A stretch of 64,000 nucleotides of DNA. Origin: Lama guanicoe. Its lineage: Eukaryota. Of this stretch, positions 23,011 to 35,513 are shown one piece after another. The stretch lies in the NCBI GenBank assembly GCA_013239625.1, contig MU056000.1, positions 12,971,175-13,035,174 of the forward strand, given 5' to 3'. The translations under genes were made by a program, and so were the position numbers. Every line of letters begins with the position of its first letter. Position 1 is the first letter of the stretch. A model generated the notes under the pieces. That model was not told the DNA's origin and searched no databases. It saw only the letters and a program-made list of their open reading frames with translations.

Positions 23011-24692
23011 GGGAGAATTTCTGATTTGTAAATAAATGAACAAATCCATTTTGGGGACCTAAAGCTGGGCCTCTTTATTCCTTTGCTGCCCTTTATTTTT
23101 TCCAACATGCCATACTGCTCCTATCAGGACAAATGGCAAAGTGGGTAAAGAATGATGAATCCTTATTCTGTTTGTATCTAGTTGTCTACTATACAGAATA
23201 ATTTCAAACCACAGGAATCCATTTAGCAGTACGTGGGCCTTTATAACTTAAATTCTCTAGAATAGGGAGAAGACTAGATGTTAAATATTACAGTAAGTCC
23301 TGGTGACAATGACTAATGGCTCAAAAGAATGAGCATAATTCTTTGTTCACTGGCAAGAAGATAAGTTCTTTCTCTCTCTCTCTTTTTTTTTGGAAAATGG
23401 ATATAAATAAAAGTCTAGCCGTTTCTACTATAAAAGCAAAGAAATGCAGGCTATAGAGCACAGAAAAGAGAAATATGGCCAAAAATGAAAACAGATGAAA
23501 GAAATGTATAAGGAGGAAAAAACAGAAAAGCGCCAAAAAATGGAAAAATGCTATTTATCTTGTCTTAGTCCACGAATGTATATCTGGATCCTCCAGGAGT
23601 GCTGGCCCTTGCCAGTGGGCACGTCTAGTTTCTCACATGTAGGAGATCCTTGAATTCTGTACTTTTGACCTTCAAACAGCCTGAATGTTAGGATAATGAA
23701 CATTGACTCTCAAAATGTATTCAATACGCCTACTTAGACTACTTTGATCTGTCCTCTGTGGACCTGCTCTAACAGTTAACAGTTCCACATGGAAGATCTG
23801 CCATCTTGGAATAGTGAGGTTTCTGTAAGCCTATATTTCAATATTTCATTGCAGATCATTTCTTGCTGGTTTCTTTGTAGCCTCATGATTCTGCAAAGTC
23901 CCTCAAAGACATCCAAGGGGGCCACGGAGAGAAGATGACAGAGGTTCCATTTATGTCCATAGTATATGTTGTCTCTCCAGATTATGTTTGGATTGAAGAA
24001 TGTGTTCTACTAAAAAGTTGGAATAGTGTCTTATCATATTCTCTTCATTATTTTATGAAAATCAAGGAGTGACAAAATAGCAAAAATTAAAAAAGTGAGC
24101 CACAAATTGATGTCCACTGAGAAAATCTGGGAATCACTGAAACTGAAAAAAAAAAGGAGATTTTATTTTCAGCAAAATGATCGATAGATATAAACTATTG
24201 AACGGTTTTGAATTGCCAAGGAAATGCATCAAATTAAAAAATGTGTTCAAATACTGGGAATGTTTTGACAATGTTAGGCATTAAATTTCAAGTGTGATTA
24301 GAGCCTTACTGGTATTTTTTAACCTCTTTGAGAACATAAATTATTTCCATAACTTGTGAGTCTTTTTGGACTTTTGGACTTTGAAGTTAGTTTGTGTTTC
24401 CAGAAAGAAGTCATGTAAGAAAATGGACAACACACACTGCTGATTTCTTCCTCTTTGGTGTGTACCACTGAATACACCCTATAGTCTACTGTTCTGAGAC
24501 ACTATGGCATTATCTTATTCATTTTTATATTCCATTTAAAATCTAGTGAGTGCTTAGCCCATGGATAGCATTCAACAAATGTTCTTAAAGTGAAATGCAT
24601 TTAAAGGTAAGACAGATCATGAAAGGATCACATACTAAATAAATATTTTAATAATGAAGTTGTCCCCAAAGAAGCATTAACCAAAAACTCTA

Positions 24693-24839
24693 TTCTGTTC
24701 ATTAAAAAAAAATTGAGTGGGGGAGTTAATTAGGTTTATTTACTTATTTATGTATATTTTAATGGAGGTACTAGGTATTGAACTCAGGACCTCCTGCATA
24801 GTAAGCATGTGCTCTACCGCCGCACTATACCCTCCCCCC
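24693..24839 (-). mobile_element. Camelid tRNA-derived SINE (Vic-1 type) with 13-bp TSD
   Basis: Minus strand reads ggggagggtatagtgcggcggtagagcacatgcttactatgcaggaggtcctgagttcaatacctagtacctccattaaaa...aaacctaattaactccccc (A/B boxes and AT tail). TSD accaaaaactcta at 24680-24692 and 24840-24852. Confidence 0.92.
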
Positions 24840-24909
24840 ACCAAAAACTCTAAATATGTGAAGTCACTGTGCTAAGACTTTTGACCTTTGGTGACTGGAA
24901 TAGAAGTTA

Positions 24910-25080
24910 CTGGGAAAAAGTGCACAATTGGGAAGCAAGAGGTTTGGGAACACAGATTTTGAATTTAGGTAGGATTGAGTGCAAATCCTCTTTGTTATCT
25001 CTTAAGCTTTGGACAATTTCCATAAAATTGCTGAATCTCTCTTTTTCAAATTGTAAAATGTGAATAATGAGATGTGTCTA
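24910..25080 (+). mobile_element. MIR
   Basis: gagtgcaaatcctc...ctgaatctctctttttcaaattgtaaaatgtgaataat. Confidence 0.55.
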
Positions 25081-25179
25081 TATCAGAGACTGAGAGTTTT
25101 CCTTCTTAAAAGAGCTGATTTAAAATTTAGATATTTGTGCTCCTAAATTATTCTATAATTTAATTTCATGATCACATTA

Positions 25180-25830
25180 TAATTAAATTTATTAAATTAA
25201 CTTAAAAGTATACATAAATTTGATAACAAAAGTAGTGGAGGGGAAGATCAACTAAAAAGTAAAAGTCTCCTTTGCTTTGCTCAAACCCAGCCCCAAATCC
25301 CAATCTTTGAGGTGTTCCAATTTTAAACATTTCTGCCATATTCTTTTTCTAGTGGTTCTCTTCCTAAGTGTAAATTTTATGCTTATGTCTCTATTTCATG
25401 ATTTATCAAGTTTCAACAATAACTATGAACTCACCTATGAAATATGAGGACTCTGGTTCACATAAACTGACTTCTGCCTCATCCTTCACACTCTGTTCAC
25501 TTGTTTACTTTTAGTTATTCTCTTGGTTATATTTATTGATCTACTTATGTACTTGATTCTTTATTTTCTTTATTCATCAACATTAGACTTTATGTCCTGA
25601 CTTGCCCCCATGTTAGATGAAGTATTCCTGTGTCATCTCCTTTTCTCCTTCTTCAGACTCCTAAGTCCCATACCATTATTTTTATACTGCCAAGCTTTAA
25701 AATACTCTTTTCTACAACTATAGCCTGCTATGGTTGTCAATTTATAGATTAAGCATGGAAGACGGACGCAGGTTGGACACATTGTACTTCTTATAGTATA
25801 GAAACTTCCATTTTGTAACATGCTTTGTTC
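25180..25830 (-). mobile_element. Old L1ME-type 3' fragments
   Basis: aaaagtaaaagtctcc...ccagccccaaatccc...ttttaaacatttctg pattern typical of antisense L1ME 3' ends. Boundaries approximate. Confidence 0.45.
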
Positions 25831-27169
25831 TTCATTAGATAATGAGTTTATTGAGATCAGAAATCATCTACACTTATTTCAGTGAATATCCTCACTATTT
25901 GGCACAGTTACTGGTTTGTGCAAAGCACTGAAACAGTTGACTGGGATGGCAGTCACTATCGACAAGGTGAGCAGTAGGGCACAAGGCCCTGATGGGCGGA
26001 TGATTTAGTACTTTAATCCCAGATGTACTGGCAAAAATAAAGCTGGGAACTGGCCTTTAGAGAACTGGATTATTCAGTGGCTTGTTGAGTCAGAGAAATG
26101 TTAACAGGCAACAAAGCAGAGCAAGTGACTGGAACTAGTGTGGTAGATGTTTCAAAGGGGAAGTTTACTTCCAAGGCAAGGTAGAGAGAGGACAGCATCC
26201 AGCGTTGGATGAAAGGTGGGAACAGACACAGTAGCAGTGCAGGCAGATGCTGGTCTCCAGTCCAGCTGAACCACTACTCTTATTCTCCCTGCTCATCTGC
26301 GGGAGTGACTGGAAGCTTAAGGTGGGCATAGGAAAGGCAAGCTGTTGATGAGAAAGTGATGTTTTTTTCTCTTTCAGATAGAAAACTGTTCTATTTTAGT
26401 GCTGATGCTTTCCCGCAACCTGCATAAATAGCAAGATTTCATTTAAAATATTACTTTAATATAAAAATTGTTGCAGTGCTAAATGAGCATAATTATGTGA
26501 AGTTTTAATTTTAAGAAGTTCCTACTTTTTCTCTAAAACTTCAGTAAATTTCCACATAGATAAAAGTAGTAATAGATTGAGAATTATTTCAATTCCATTT
26601 TTATCGTCTTTCATTGGGAAATGAGCAAAATTATCTTTCTACTACTCATTGTTGTATATCTGTTGTCAATATATTATGAATGTCACAATATCGTGATGTA
26701 AGTTACAAGTTTGTCTTTATAAAGTGTTAGAAAACGTATTAAAACTCAGTATTTTCTTAGATAAAATAAACCTTAAAAACATGAATATCAGTATGTGTCT
26801 ATGATAATATATAAATAAAACAATTTTTCTCCAAATAACAGTTATCAAGAGATATTGGAATATACCTTTTTGTGAGTGTCTTGTATACAACAAATTAAGC
26901 TTATAAGATTGTATACTTCATTACAAGTTTGAAAACAGGATTTCTTTATATTAGCTACTTAAGTACCCTGACATCAGAGTCCTCTGTTCCTGCCTGATCT
27001 TGCTCTACTCAACTGGAAGACCAAAATCTGAAGACAGAATTTTCTGTTTTCATTTAATTATTTCCTCATATGTTTGATTGAAAAATAATTTATTACATGC
27101 TGGTTAGATCACCAGGATTTGGTTCCTCTTATTCTGTTTTTTAACATCTGCTTTCTTCTCCAAGTATTG

Positions 27170-27547
27170 GCATCCCAAATCTCCCAGTTCACATATTTTA
27201 AGTTTGGCAAACCCAGATAGAAAAAAAATAAATGCAGCTCTCTGAAGGGTTTCAACATGTTTGGGCATCGTGTCTCACTGGCTGGCTTAGCTCATGGGCC
27301 CGCCCCTCAGTCCAGTGCTGGGACAGTTCAGTAGCATATGGCCAAGAGGCCCATTGGAGAGAATATACGATCGCCCACTCTAGGGTCACAGGTCCAGATT
27401 GGTGTCCAGAAGGTAGGCTTGACCATGTCTGAAGCACTTGCGTTCAGTACAGGGAAAGTTGTTCCTTAAAGGAAAGTCAAGATGCTGCTACCAGAAGGAA
27501 GTGAATGGATCTTGGACCATGTCCCAAACTCACAGACGTCCGCTGCA
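27170..27547 (-). mobile_element. MLT1K-like MaLR LTR
   Basis: ttccttaaaggaaagtcaagatgctgctaccagaaggaagtgaatggatc...cagacgtccgctgca is the reverse complement of the MLT1K-type 5' end. Confidence 0.75.
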
Positions 27548-27914
27548 CTGCGTATGTACCCTGGAGTTAGAATTTGGCTCTCAACCCTTTATTAATACAA
27601 GCTTTAATAATACAGAATCGATGGTAATACAGACATATTCTCTACGAAAGAACACATATTATTAGCATAAAAATAATTTCAGATGAAAGCATATATTAGT
27701 CAAATATTTATATTATTTTAAACATTTTCAAAGCAGATGATAAAATTGATTAACCAATCACAAATAAATCTATTCATCAATCTTATTTATTCATCAAACC
27801 ATATAAACTTAAACCCCCTTTACTAGGCAATACTTTTTACCTGAAATAAGTTGTGCTTAATATATGAAGATTTTTCAGATATAAAATTTGAAAGCTAATA
27901 AAATTCATTAAGTA

Positions 27915-28170
27915 GTTTCTGTGATTTGGATTATTGGTTAAAGACACAGACTACATCCAAATGCAGACTTTATCACCTCCCAGCTGTGTGACCTTGAGGA
28001 AGTTACTTAACCTCTCTGTTCTTTACTTCCCTAAATTGTGAAATGAGGGTAATTTATAACTGCTCCTGCCTCATAAAACTATTGTGAGAATTAGTAAAAA
28101 GTAATATATTTAAAGTGCTTAAAATGGTATCTAGGACCTAGCAAATGCTAGATCAGTTTTAGGCTTATAA
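27915..28170 (+). mobile_element. MIR (near full length)
   Basis: Canonical core cagctgtgtgaccttgaggaagttacttaacctctctg, followed by the MIR tail. Confidence 0.9.
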
Positions 28171-29289
28171 TTACTGTTTTAATAGAAATATATATTGAAC
28201 ACATTTTCATTCTTGGGCTCCATAAGCTTTGTAAATATTTTGATAGAAATTCTAGGAAATTTACATCTTCTTTCATCAATTATTTAGCAAAGTTAAGCAA
28301 TTTTCCAGAATTCAGGCATCTTTTAAGTGGCAAAGCCAGAATTAAAAGCCAATATTCTCTAACGCCAAAGTTTGTGGTCATACCAATTATAATATTCTGC
28401 CTTTGAAATAAGTAATATAGCGTGACAATCTCTATCAAGTCCCCTGGGATACAAAGATATATTCCAGCCCTCTTAGTATTACATTCCCCAATCTAAGTTT
28501 TCACAGAATATTTTCTTTCTTGAAACAGTAAAAATAATTCCAAAATCAAAAAGTGACATCTGAAAAATATCATACACAAAATCTAAAACCCGTGTGTGTG
28601 ATAAAGCATCATACCGTTAAAAGCACATTGAAATGTTACCGGTGTTCACCTCTAGGTGGTGGAGGCATTTCTTCTTTATAAATGTGTCTTTCCAATCATA
28701 AGAGGAAGCAACAGATAACTGAAAGAGAATTGAGTGGGAAGAGAGCAAGGCCATGGAGGTGTGGAACCAGCCCTAGTGCTGGAATGCTGATGCGTGGAGC
28801 CATGGTGAGCTTTCCCCCCGGGAGTCTGTGAATTCCCTAAGAATTAGCCAGAGTCGGATATGAGTCAGATTCTTAGGGTCCCAACACATCATGTTAGAAA
28901 AGAAAAACTTTGCTATTTAATGTAAAAGCATCCTCTGTTGTCATTGTTAGAAGCTTTCTCCTTTCAGAGCTTCCAAATCCTCCCCTGGGTACTTGAGGTG
29001 CTAGCTCATATACAGGAAATGTTTTAAATGAGAGAGTGCTGTGAATTTCTGTTGCCAGGATATGTAAATCACACACACGCTCTCTCACACACACACATAC
29101 ATACTCAGCGGTGGGGTGGAGAGTGGACAGCTTGGCAGATCAGAGCAGCTTGTATGGGGGTGGCCTCGCATTTCAAGTCAAGGCTGCTCAAGTGGGGAAG
29201 ATGACAAATGGGGAAAACAGATTGTGAAATCTAAGCTCAAGGGAGAAGAATTTTTCAGAAAGGGAATAAAATCAAATATCCAGCTTATG

Positions 29290-29450
29290 GTTTCCGGCTT
29301 GGAAAGAACATTAAAGATGATCTATTCCAATATTTTCATTTCAAAAATTAGAGAACAGGATAAAGTTGAATGACCTCTTCAAGGGCACACTGAAGAGAAA
29401 GAACTAAACTTTAGGTTTGTAGCACTGAGAGTCTCCCCTCTACTAATGCA
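29290..29450 (-). mobile_element. MIR3-like fragment
   Basis: ttggaaagaacattaaagatgatctattccaa...ttcatttc...tgacctcttcaagggcacac. Confidence 0.55.
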
Positions 29451-29794
29451 TTTGGCCCCACTGAGTTTAAATGTGAAACAAACGCAACTCTGTTGGAGAG
29501 TGATGCGTATTTAGTTCAGTAGTTGGGATTAGATAGAAGAATTTTCCCATAACATTTCTGTAATGAAAGAGAGAATATGTAAATTCTTAGATTCTTATCA
29601 GAAAGAATATAGCTTTCTAAAATGAAGGTGTCTGTCATTATTTTTACTTTTGTCTGTCTTGATAGCAAACAAGTGTGATGCAGTGTTGCTTTCTTATAAA
29701 GTAAGCATTCTAAAATCAAGAATATTTTGTCTAATTTAGAATAGAATTCAAGAATCCTCCAGTTGAGCAAAGAAGATACTTCCCTCTTTCCAGT

Positions 29795-30052
29795 GTAGAT
29801 ACACTACAATGTTAGTAAATGCTAGTAGCACTGGTGGACATGGTACTGTTTGTAGATGTTGCAGTGTTAGTAGACACTGTGGCGTTAGCAGATAGCATTG
29901 TGTTAGGTACTGTAGTGTTGGTAGATATTACAATGGTGGTAATTACTGTAATCTTGGTAGATGCAGTGTTGTTAATAGGTATGGTAGGTACAGTATTGTC
30001 AGCAGATAGAGCAGTGTCAGTAGAAATGGTAGCATTTATAATACCACAGTGT
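29795..30052. repeat. Degenerate 18-bp tandem repeat (approximate consensus gtagatactgtagtgtta)
   Basis: About 14 diverged units, e.g. gtagatgttgcagtgtta, gtagacactgtggcgtta, gcagatagcattgtgtta, gcagatagagcagtgtca. Confidence 0.85.
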
Positions 30053-30054
30053 TG

Positions 30055-30150
30055 TCTAGCCTCCTTACTTCCTGATATGTGTATATCTTGAGAGCGAACC
30101 CCAATACAATCTCCCTCTCAAAGTCTGTTTCCAGTGATGCCATTCTAAGG
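30055..30150 (+). mobile_element. LTR16-family 3' fragment
   Basis: ctccttacttcctgatatgtgtatatcttgagagcgaaccccaata...ctccctctcaaagtctgtttccag resembles the LTR16 R/U5 end. Confidence 0.55.
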
Positions 30151-30435
30151 CCACTGATCCTAGGAATGGTTCTAAGAAGCTGACCATAAAGTGGGATTTT
30201 ACTAATGCAACACCTACATTACTGACAGCAGACTGAAAATGAATAATTGCATGGCATGCTGTAATTATGCAATTGTGAAAACGTTCACCCGTAGAGAACT
30301 GGGGTAGGGTACTGTCCAAGGGGATGCTTTAGCTTCTGTACTATCTCTGGTCCTGGAGAAGAAGGAGGGAAACTGTAACTACAAGACTCTGGCATAGGGT
30401 ACCTGTTTTGGGGTCACTGATTCCTTGAAAAGAGA

Positions 30436-30992
30436 CATGGTAGGTAGAATTTCTAGAACGGTCCCCCAGACATGTACAAGAACCTATGGATATGAACAGA
30501 TACCACTCTCATCATTAGGCCATATTATACTGCACAGTTGACTCTAAGACGGAGGGTCATCTGACAATTCAGATGATACAATTACATGAGCCCTTAAAAG
30601 CAGCTTCTGATGGTAAAAGAAGTCATGGGGATTTGAGACTGGATAGCACTCGATGCGCCATTGCCAGCTTGGAAGACGGACAGGATCATGAGAAAAGGGG
30701 CGGAGGCAGTCTTACAGAGCTGAAAGAGTCTCCTAGCTGATGGCCAGCAAGGAAATAAGAATGTTAGTCCTACAATCACAAGGAGCTGAAATTTGCCAAA
30801 AGTTTGCACGAGCTTTGAAAACAGATATTTATTCCCCTGGAGCCTCTAGGTATGAGACCAGCCCAGCTCACATAGTGATTTTGTCACTGCGAGGCCCTAA
30901 GACCACTGGACATTGGACCTACAGAGCTGGCTGTTGTCTTAAGTTACAAAGTTTGTGATAATTTGCTCCAGGAGTGACAGGAAACTAATACA
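30436..30992 (+). mobile_element. MLT1E-type MaLR solo LTR with 5-bp TSD
   Basis: catggtaggtagaatttcta...ggccagcaaggaaa...gaaactaataca. TSD agaga at 30431-30435 and 30993-30997. Confidence 0.88.
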
Positions 30993-32960
30993 AGAGATAG
31001 CAAGAGGATCAGGGTGTTTAGCCATCAATTTACTTTAGGTAAATGTGCCTGCTTTCTCTGTAATTTTCATAACCAGTAAATCAGACACACAAACTCACAG
31101 ATTCCTGTGTCTGTAACTCGAGTTATTTTCTCCTTTTGTTATTACAGATAATTTTTCAAACAGAAAATTTCCATAAATGTTAAATTCTACTCCTTCTGTA
31201 GCTCCCCTCCCCACCCACAGCTAGACTGGATCAATAAGTATACTGTGAATTGGACCCAAGTGAAATTTTCCTGCATCAAGATTTCAGATTTTTAGCTCAA
31301 AATTCCATCTCTCTGTCTCTTTTCCAGAATGTACTGTGTTTCTTGGTAGGTATTACAATGCAAAATAGGAACATTGTTCCCTAGAGTTGCTGGATGTGTG
31401 TTCTATTGCTTCCATAAACTTGACAGAGATGACCATATCCACAGAATGATAAAATTCTGCTTTTAAGTTATTTGAGCATCAGGGGCATATTCTGATATGT
31501 GTCCAGGGTCTGTTTGGTGTAGCTAACTCCTTAAGCGTTCCAGAGACAGATGTCTGAAGATCATTTCCAAGCCCTGTCACATAGCCTGAATCTTAATGAC
31601 ACATTTGAATGAGGAGCCATATGTAAATTCTGCACCAGTTAAAGGACTATGACTTGAAATGAAAGTGAATAAATGGTCTAACACAGCAGAAAGAATTAAG
31701 ATTTCATTATGAAGTCTGCTAAACCTTATATATAGGAAGAAGTCTATTTTTCTTTCTGTTTTCAAGGAATCAGACTATCTTTAAAAAACTTTATTTTATG
31801 TGAAGTGTATCAGTTAGACATTTCTAGCCCTTCTATGACTTTTTTCTTTGGCTTATTTTTTCCATACGTTAAAAAAATCCTTTGTGGCCTGTGCTTTAGA
31901 ATTCACTGGTCATATTCAGGCCAATCGATGTCTTTTGCTGTGATAACATTGCTCTTGATCCTCATAATGTGCAGGGCCACTCTCTATCAGAGCAGTGTTT
32001 GACGAGTTAAAAATAAGTGTTCGGAATTAAATGCAAAAACATTACTTCTAATCACATGCAAATTGCTACTGGAGTGTCAGAAATGACTTCTTACCAGTAT
32101 CAGGGAATTCTAGCTAAGGTTATTAAAAGAAGATCTACCATGATTTTTTTTAAACTGTTTGACTTACATTACAGAAGAACTATACTTATTAATTGGGACA
32201 TTTTAAACATTTTGATAGGGTGCAAAATCTGCTTTCTGAGTAAATTTAAGGTTTTATTTCCCGCACCAAAGTCCTGTAGACATAAAACTTCATTTAAATG
32301 TTCCACCTCTATATATGTACATATTTTTCAGTATCTTTGTAATATGGTTTTGTAATATTATGTATAGCTATTCAATAAACATTTTCTTTTTCAGACTTCT
32401 ATCCTCAACCTTGATTAAAGAAAACAAAATTAGAAAAGGCACATTTTCACTAAGAGGGTTAAATTAAAAATATCTTCCTTTTTAGATTTTAATATTTTCC
32501 TCCATATGGATTATCTCCACACTTATTCCCAGTAAGAGAAAATATCATGTTTAATTCTTGTAGCTTGGTTTTTCCACATTGAAATGCATGTCACTGTTAC
32601 AATCTCACTTTCCTTTAGGCACAAATAGACTGTTACTAGTTATGATACAAAATCTGTTTAATCAACATTAGAAATATCAGTTATACAGAAGACAGCAAGT
32701 AAAAATCAACTAACTTTTCCTTTTTCCGTTTAGGCTCACACTAAATAAATATCTCATTTTGGAAATATTACACAATAAGAAAACTTTCTTAGAGTTTTTT
32801 TTTTTAATGTCATTTAAGCATGATGACTTGAAGTAGATTGCCATATAGGCTCAAAATTTCAGTTTTTTGTTACCCTTATTTAACCTGATGAATCTATGGG
32901 GTCAGTCTTTTTCATTCGTATTACCCTAGCTATGCATTAATTTTCACAGGGAGGACTTAA

Positions 32961-33454
32961 GCGACAGGTGGGATTATAAGAAGTTCTCTAGGACTCCCAT
33001 CCTTTAGGGTCCACCTCCTATAGCCCCATTTGAGTGTGGACTAGTACTGTGATGATGGTGGAAATCAATCCTATATCAACAACATAAAATGGCTACGGTT
33101 AAGACATATTTAAAGATGCAATTAAGGTCTCTAATCAGTAGATTTTAAAGTTAATCAAAGGAAACATAATCCTGGGTCTGAGGTCAGCAACATCTTGCTC
33201 CTCCTGGCCTTGAAGAAGCAATCCACCATGAGTTCCAGAGCTGCTTGTGAGTGAATTCTGCCACCAATCCTTTGAGCTTGGGATCAGACTCTGGCCTCGA
33301 AAGCAACTTGATGGCAGCTGTTTGAGACCCTGTACAGGGGACTCAACTAAGCTGCGCCTGAACTCCTAACCCATGAAAAATGTGAAATAAGTGGGGCTTG
33401 TTTTAAACCGTCAAACTTTTGGTAATTTGTTACACAGGAACAGAAAACTAACAT
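32961..33454 (+). mobile_element. MLT1E/F-type MaLR LTR
   Basis: gatgcaattaaggtctctaatcagtagattttaaagttaatcaaagg...ggtaatttgttacacaggaacagaaaactaacata. Confidence 0.82.
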
Positions 33455-33469
33455 ACTCTGTGTCCCTCC

Positions 33470-34355
33470 TCTTACTTCGGATAACAGAATGCCACTTTAC
33501 AATATGGAAATCATTTTGTATGATTTGGGAGGGGCTGATCTTAAGTTGATCCTTAACAGCACGCCCTAAACCTCTGAGTATAATGACAGGTTCAGAGAAA
33601 AATGAACTAAGTTTGATCAGTCAGCACCTTTCCAGGCCTTTGGTGTCAACTTTGGTAAAAAGAAATTTCTCTTCCCAACTTATTTAGTATCATGTGATCA
33701 TTAGTTGTCAATATCCATATGGTCTATCTTCCTTATTCTTAGAGCCTGTTGGTGTACATGGTTGGTTGGCTAACTGAATACCCCTTCCCAAGCTCTTTTT
33801 CCTTTAGAAAGGCTGAACGATAGCTGCTTTCGTGATGTCTCTTATCATTATGAAAGTGTATGTGACATGGTTCTAGCCAACCAGATGTTAATGTATAATT
33901 GCTAGGAGGCTTCTGGGAAAGCTTTTTATATTTTCCTTAAAAAGAAGTCATGTCACTGGACTCGTTTGCCCTCCAATTCTTTAGTTCTAAAATATAGATG
34001 TAATATCCAGTCTCAGCTCCCATCTTGAGGTCATGTCCTGACATTTTGAGCCAGTGGTTTATTGCCTTTTACTTTCTTATCACATGAGATGTCGTATGTA
34101 TGTTATGTATTGAATTATTGTAGGTGAATATGCTTTTACTTGCATCTGAGAGTCTTTATGTATGATGGAAGGACCATATGAAATATAGAAAGAGGCAGAG
34201 TGTTACTGACATCATCAAAGCCCTGTTATCTGACTGTGTGCAAAATCAGCTTTATCCCAGGGCTTTTCAGTTTAACGAGCCTCCCACTTCCTATTTTGTT
34301 TAACTTGAATTAGTTTCTATTCATTCAATTGCAATTACAGAATCCCAATGAACAC
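33470..34355 (+). mobile_element. Nested old MLT1-family LTRs (MLT1I/J-like ~33745-34150 inside an older MLT1K/L-like element)
   Basis: tgtgacatggttctagccaa...ggaggcttctgggaaagcttt (MLT1I/J-like), flanked by MLT1K/L-like pieces. Confidence 0.55.
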
Positions 34356-35309
34356 AGAAGTTGCTAGGTGGAACTGCTTTTGTTTTGTTTTTTGTTTGCT
34401 CGTTTGTTTTGTTTTTGGCAGGGTGGGCAATGGAAGAGGCAGACACTAAGAATGACAGTGTGAAACGTAGGAAATTTTCTGAGCTGAGTATTAGTGTGGG
34501 GTGCTAATACATTTCTCATTTCTACCTAGGAAATTATTCATTCTTATTATGTGGTGCCAAAGTACTTGATTTAGATAAATCCTGATTCAGGCCGTGGTTG
34601 TTTACCAAAGCTAGAGCTTTAAGGAACAAAGTGGAAAATTTTCAGAGTTTTGTAAATTTTGCCTACTTCATTTTGCTGTTAGCTCCTGCAGTAAAAGGGC
34701 ATGCTTCAAACCAAGGAGGATGTCAAAGTAAATCATTCATAAATAGCTTTCTGATGCACTTAAAATTCAGGAACACCAAGACTTACTTTTATTTATGGTA
34801 ATTCCAATTCAAGAGGATGAACAAGTAAATTCATTACCTTACAAAAACAAATCTCAAAATTTGGGAAGCAGTGTGAATTTAAGAAAATCTTAATAAATTA
34901 AGAGCTGAATGTTTTATATCATCTGATATTAATTTTAATATCATAAATTTATGTATTTACTCTTATAACTTGATTGTCAAAATATTTTCAAATCATATAT
35001 AACAATTCATATAAAAGCATCTTTGGTAAGCATAACAAAATAGAAACTACAAAATTCATTAAGATAGAGGAAGTTTATCAGCTTTTGATTAGGTGTCAAG
35101 AAATTAAGGAACTATGATTTGTGTACAAATGAACCAAAGGAAACAAAGAATATGCTAATTTCTTTCACCCACAATCAGGCTGGGACCAACACTGTATTTC
35201 ATTGCCTGCTATTCTGCTGTTCACATTCTAGAATGTCCAAAATAGAAATGACTATGCACTGAGCAGAATGGAAGAAGTCAAATTCTCTACTTTACACTAA
35301 AGAGCGTTT

Positions 35310-35513
35310 AAGCACGTTATCAAATCCAGCCAACCACCTAATTTTGTGCGTAAAATTTTATTGGAACACATCCACACCCATTTTTTCCATGTCGTCCATA
35401 GACCACTTTAGTCCTATTATGGCGGAACTGAACAGCTGTGATAGAGATCATCTGGATCCTACAGACAAAAATATTTACTCTCTGGCCCTTTAAAAAACAC
35501 CTGACAACCCCTA
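35310..35513. mobile_element. MER58A hAT-Charlie MITE
   Basis: aaaattttattggaacacatccacaccca...aaaatatttactctctggccctttaaaaaa...acaacccct is diagnostic of MER58A. Confidence 0.88.

Noticed and set aside
22720..23108. Coiled-coil-looking minus-strand reading (DYKHQMQTLFKDTQ*LSELLGELESRLKA) as a further exon of the captured fragment
   Set aside because: It is interrupted by stops, and much of it, including the apparent acceptor, is antisense degenerate MIR (ttaaatgagataa tail on +).
24760..24839. tRNA-Ala-like gene
   Set aside because: It has a SINE tail and TSD, and the D-arm region is disrupted. It is a SINE head, not a tRNA gene.
29819..30091. Val-rich ORF as a membrane-protein CDS
   Set aside because: Product of the 18-bp degenerate repeat, and its 3' end runs into an LTR fragment. 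Kept only as a repeat finding.
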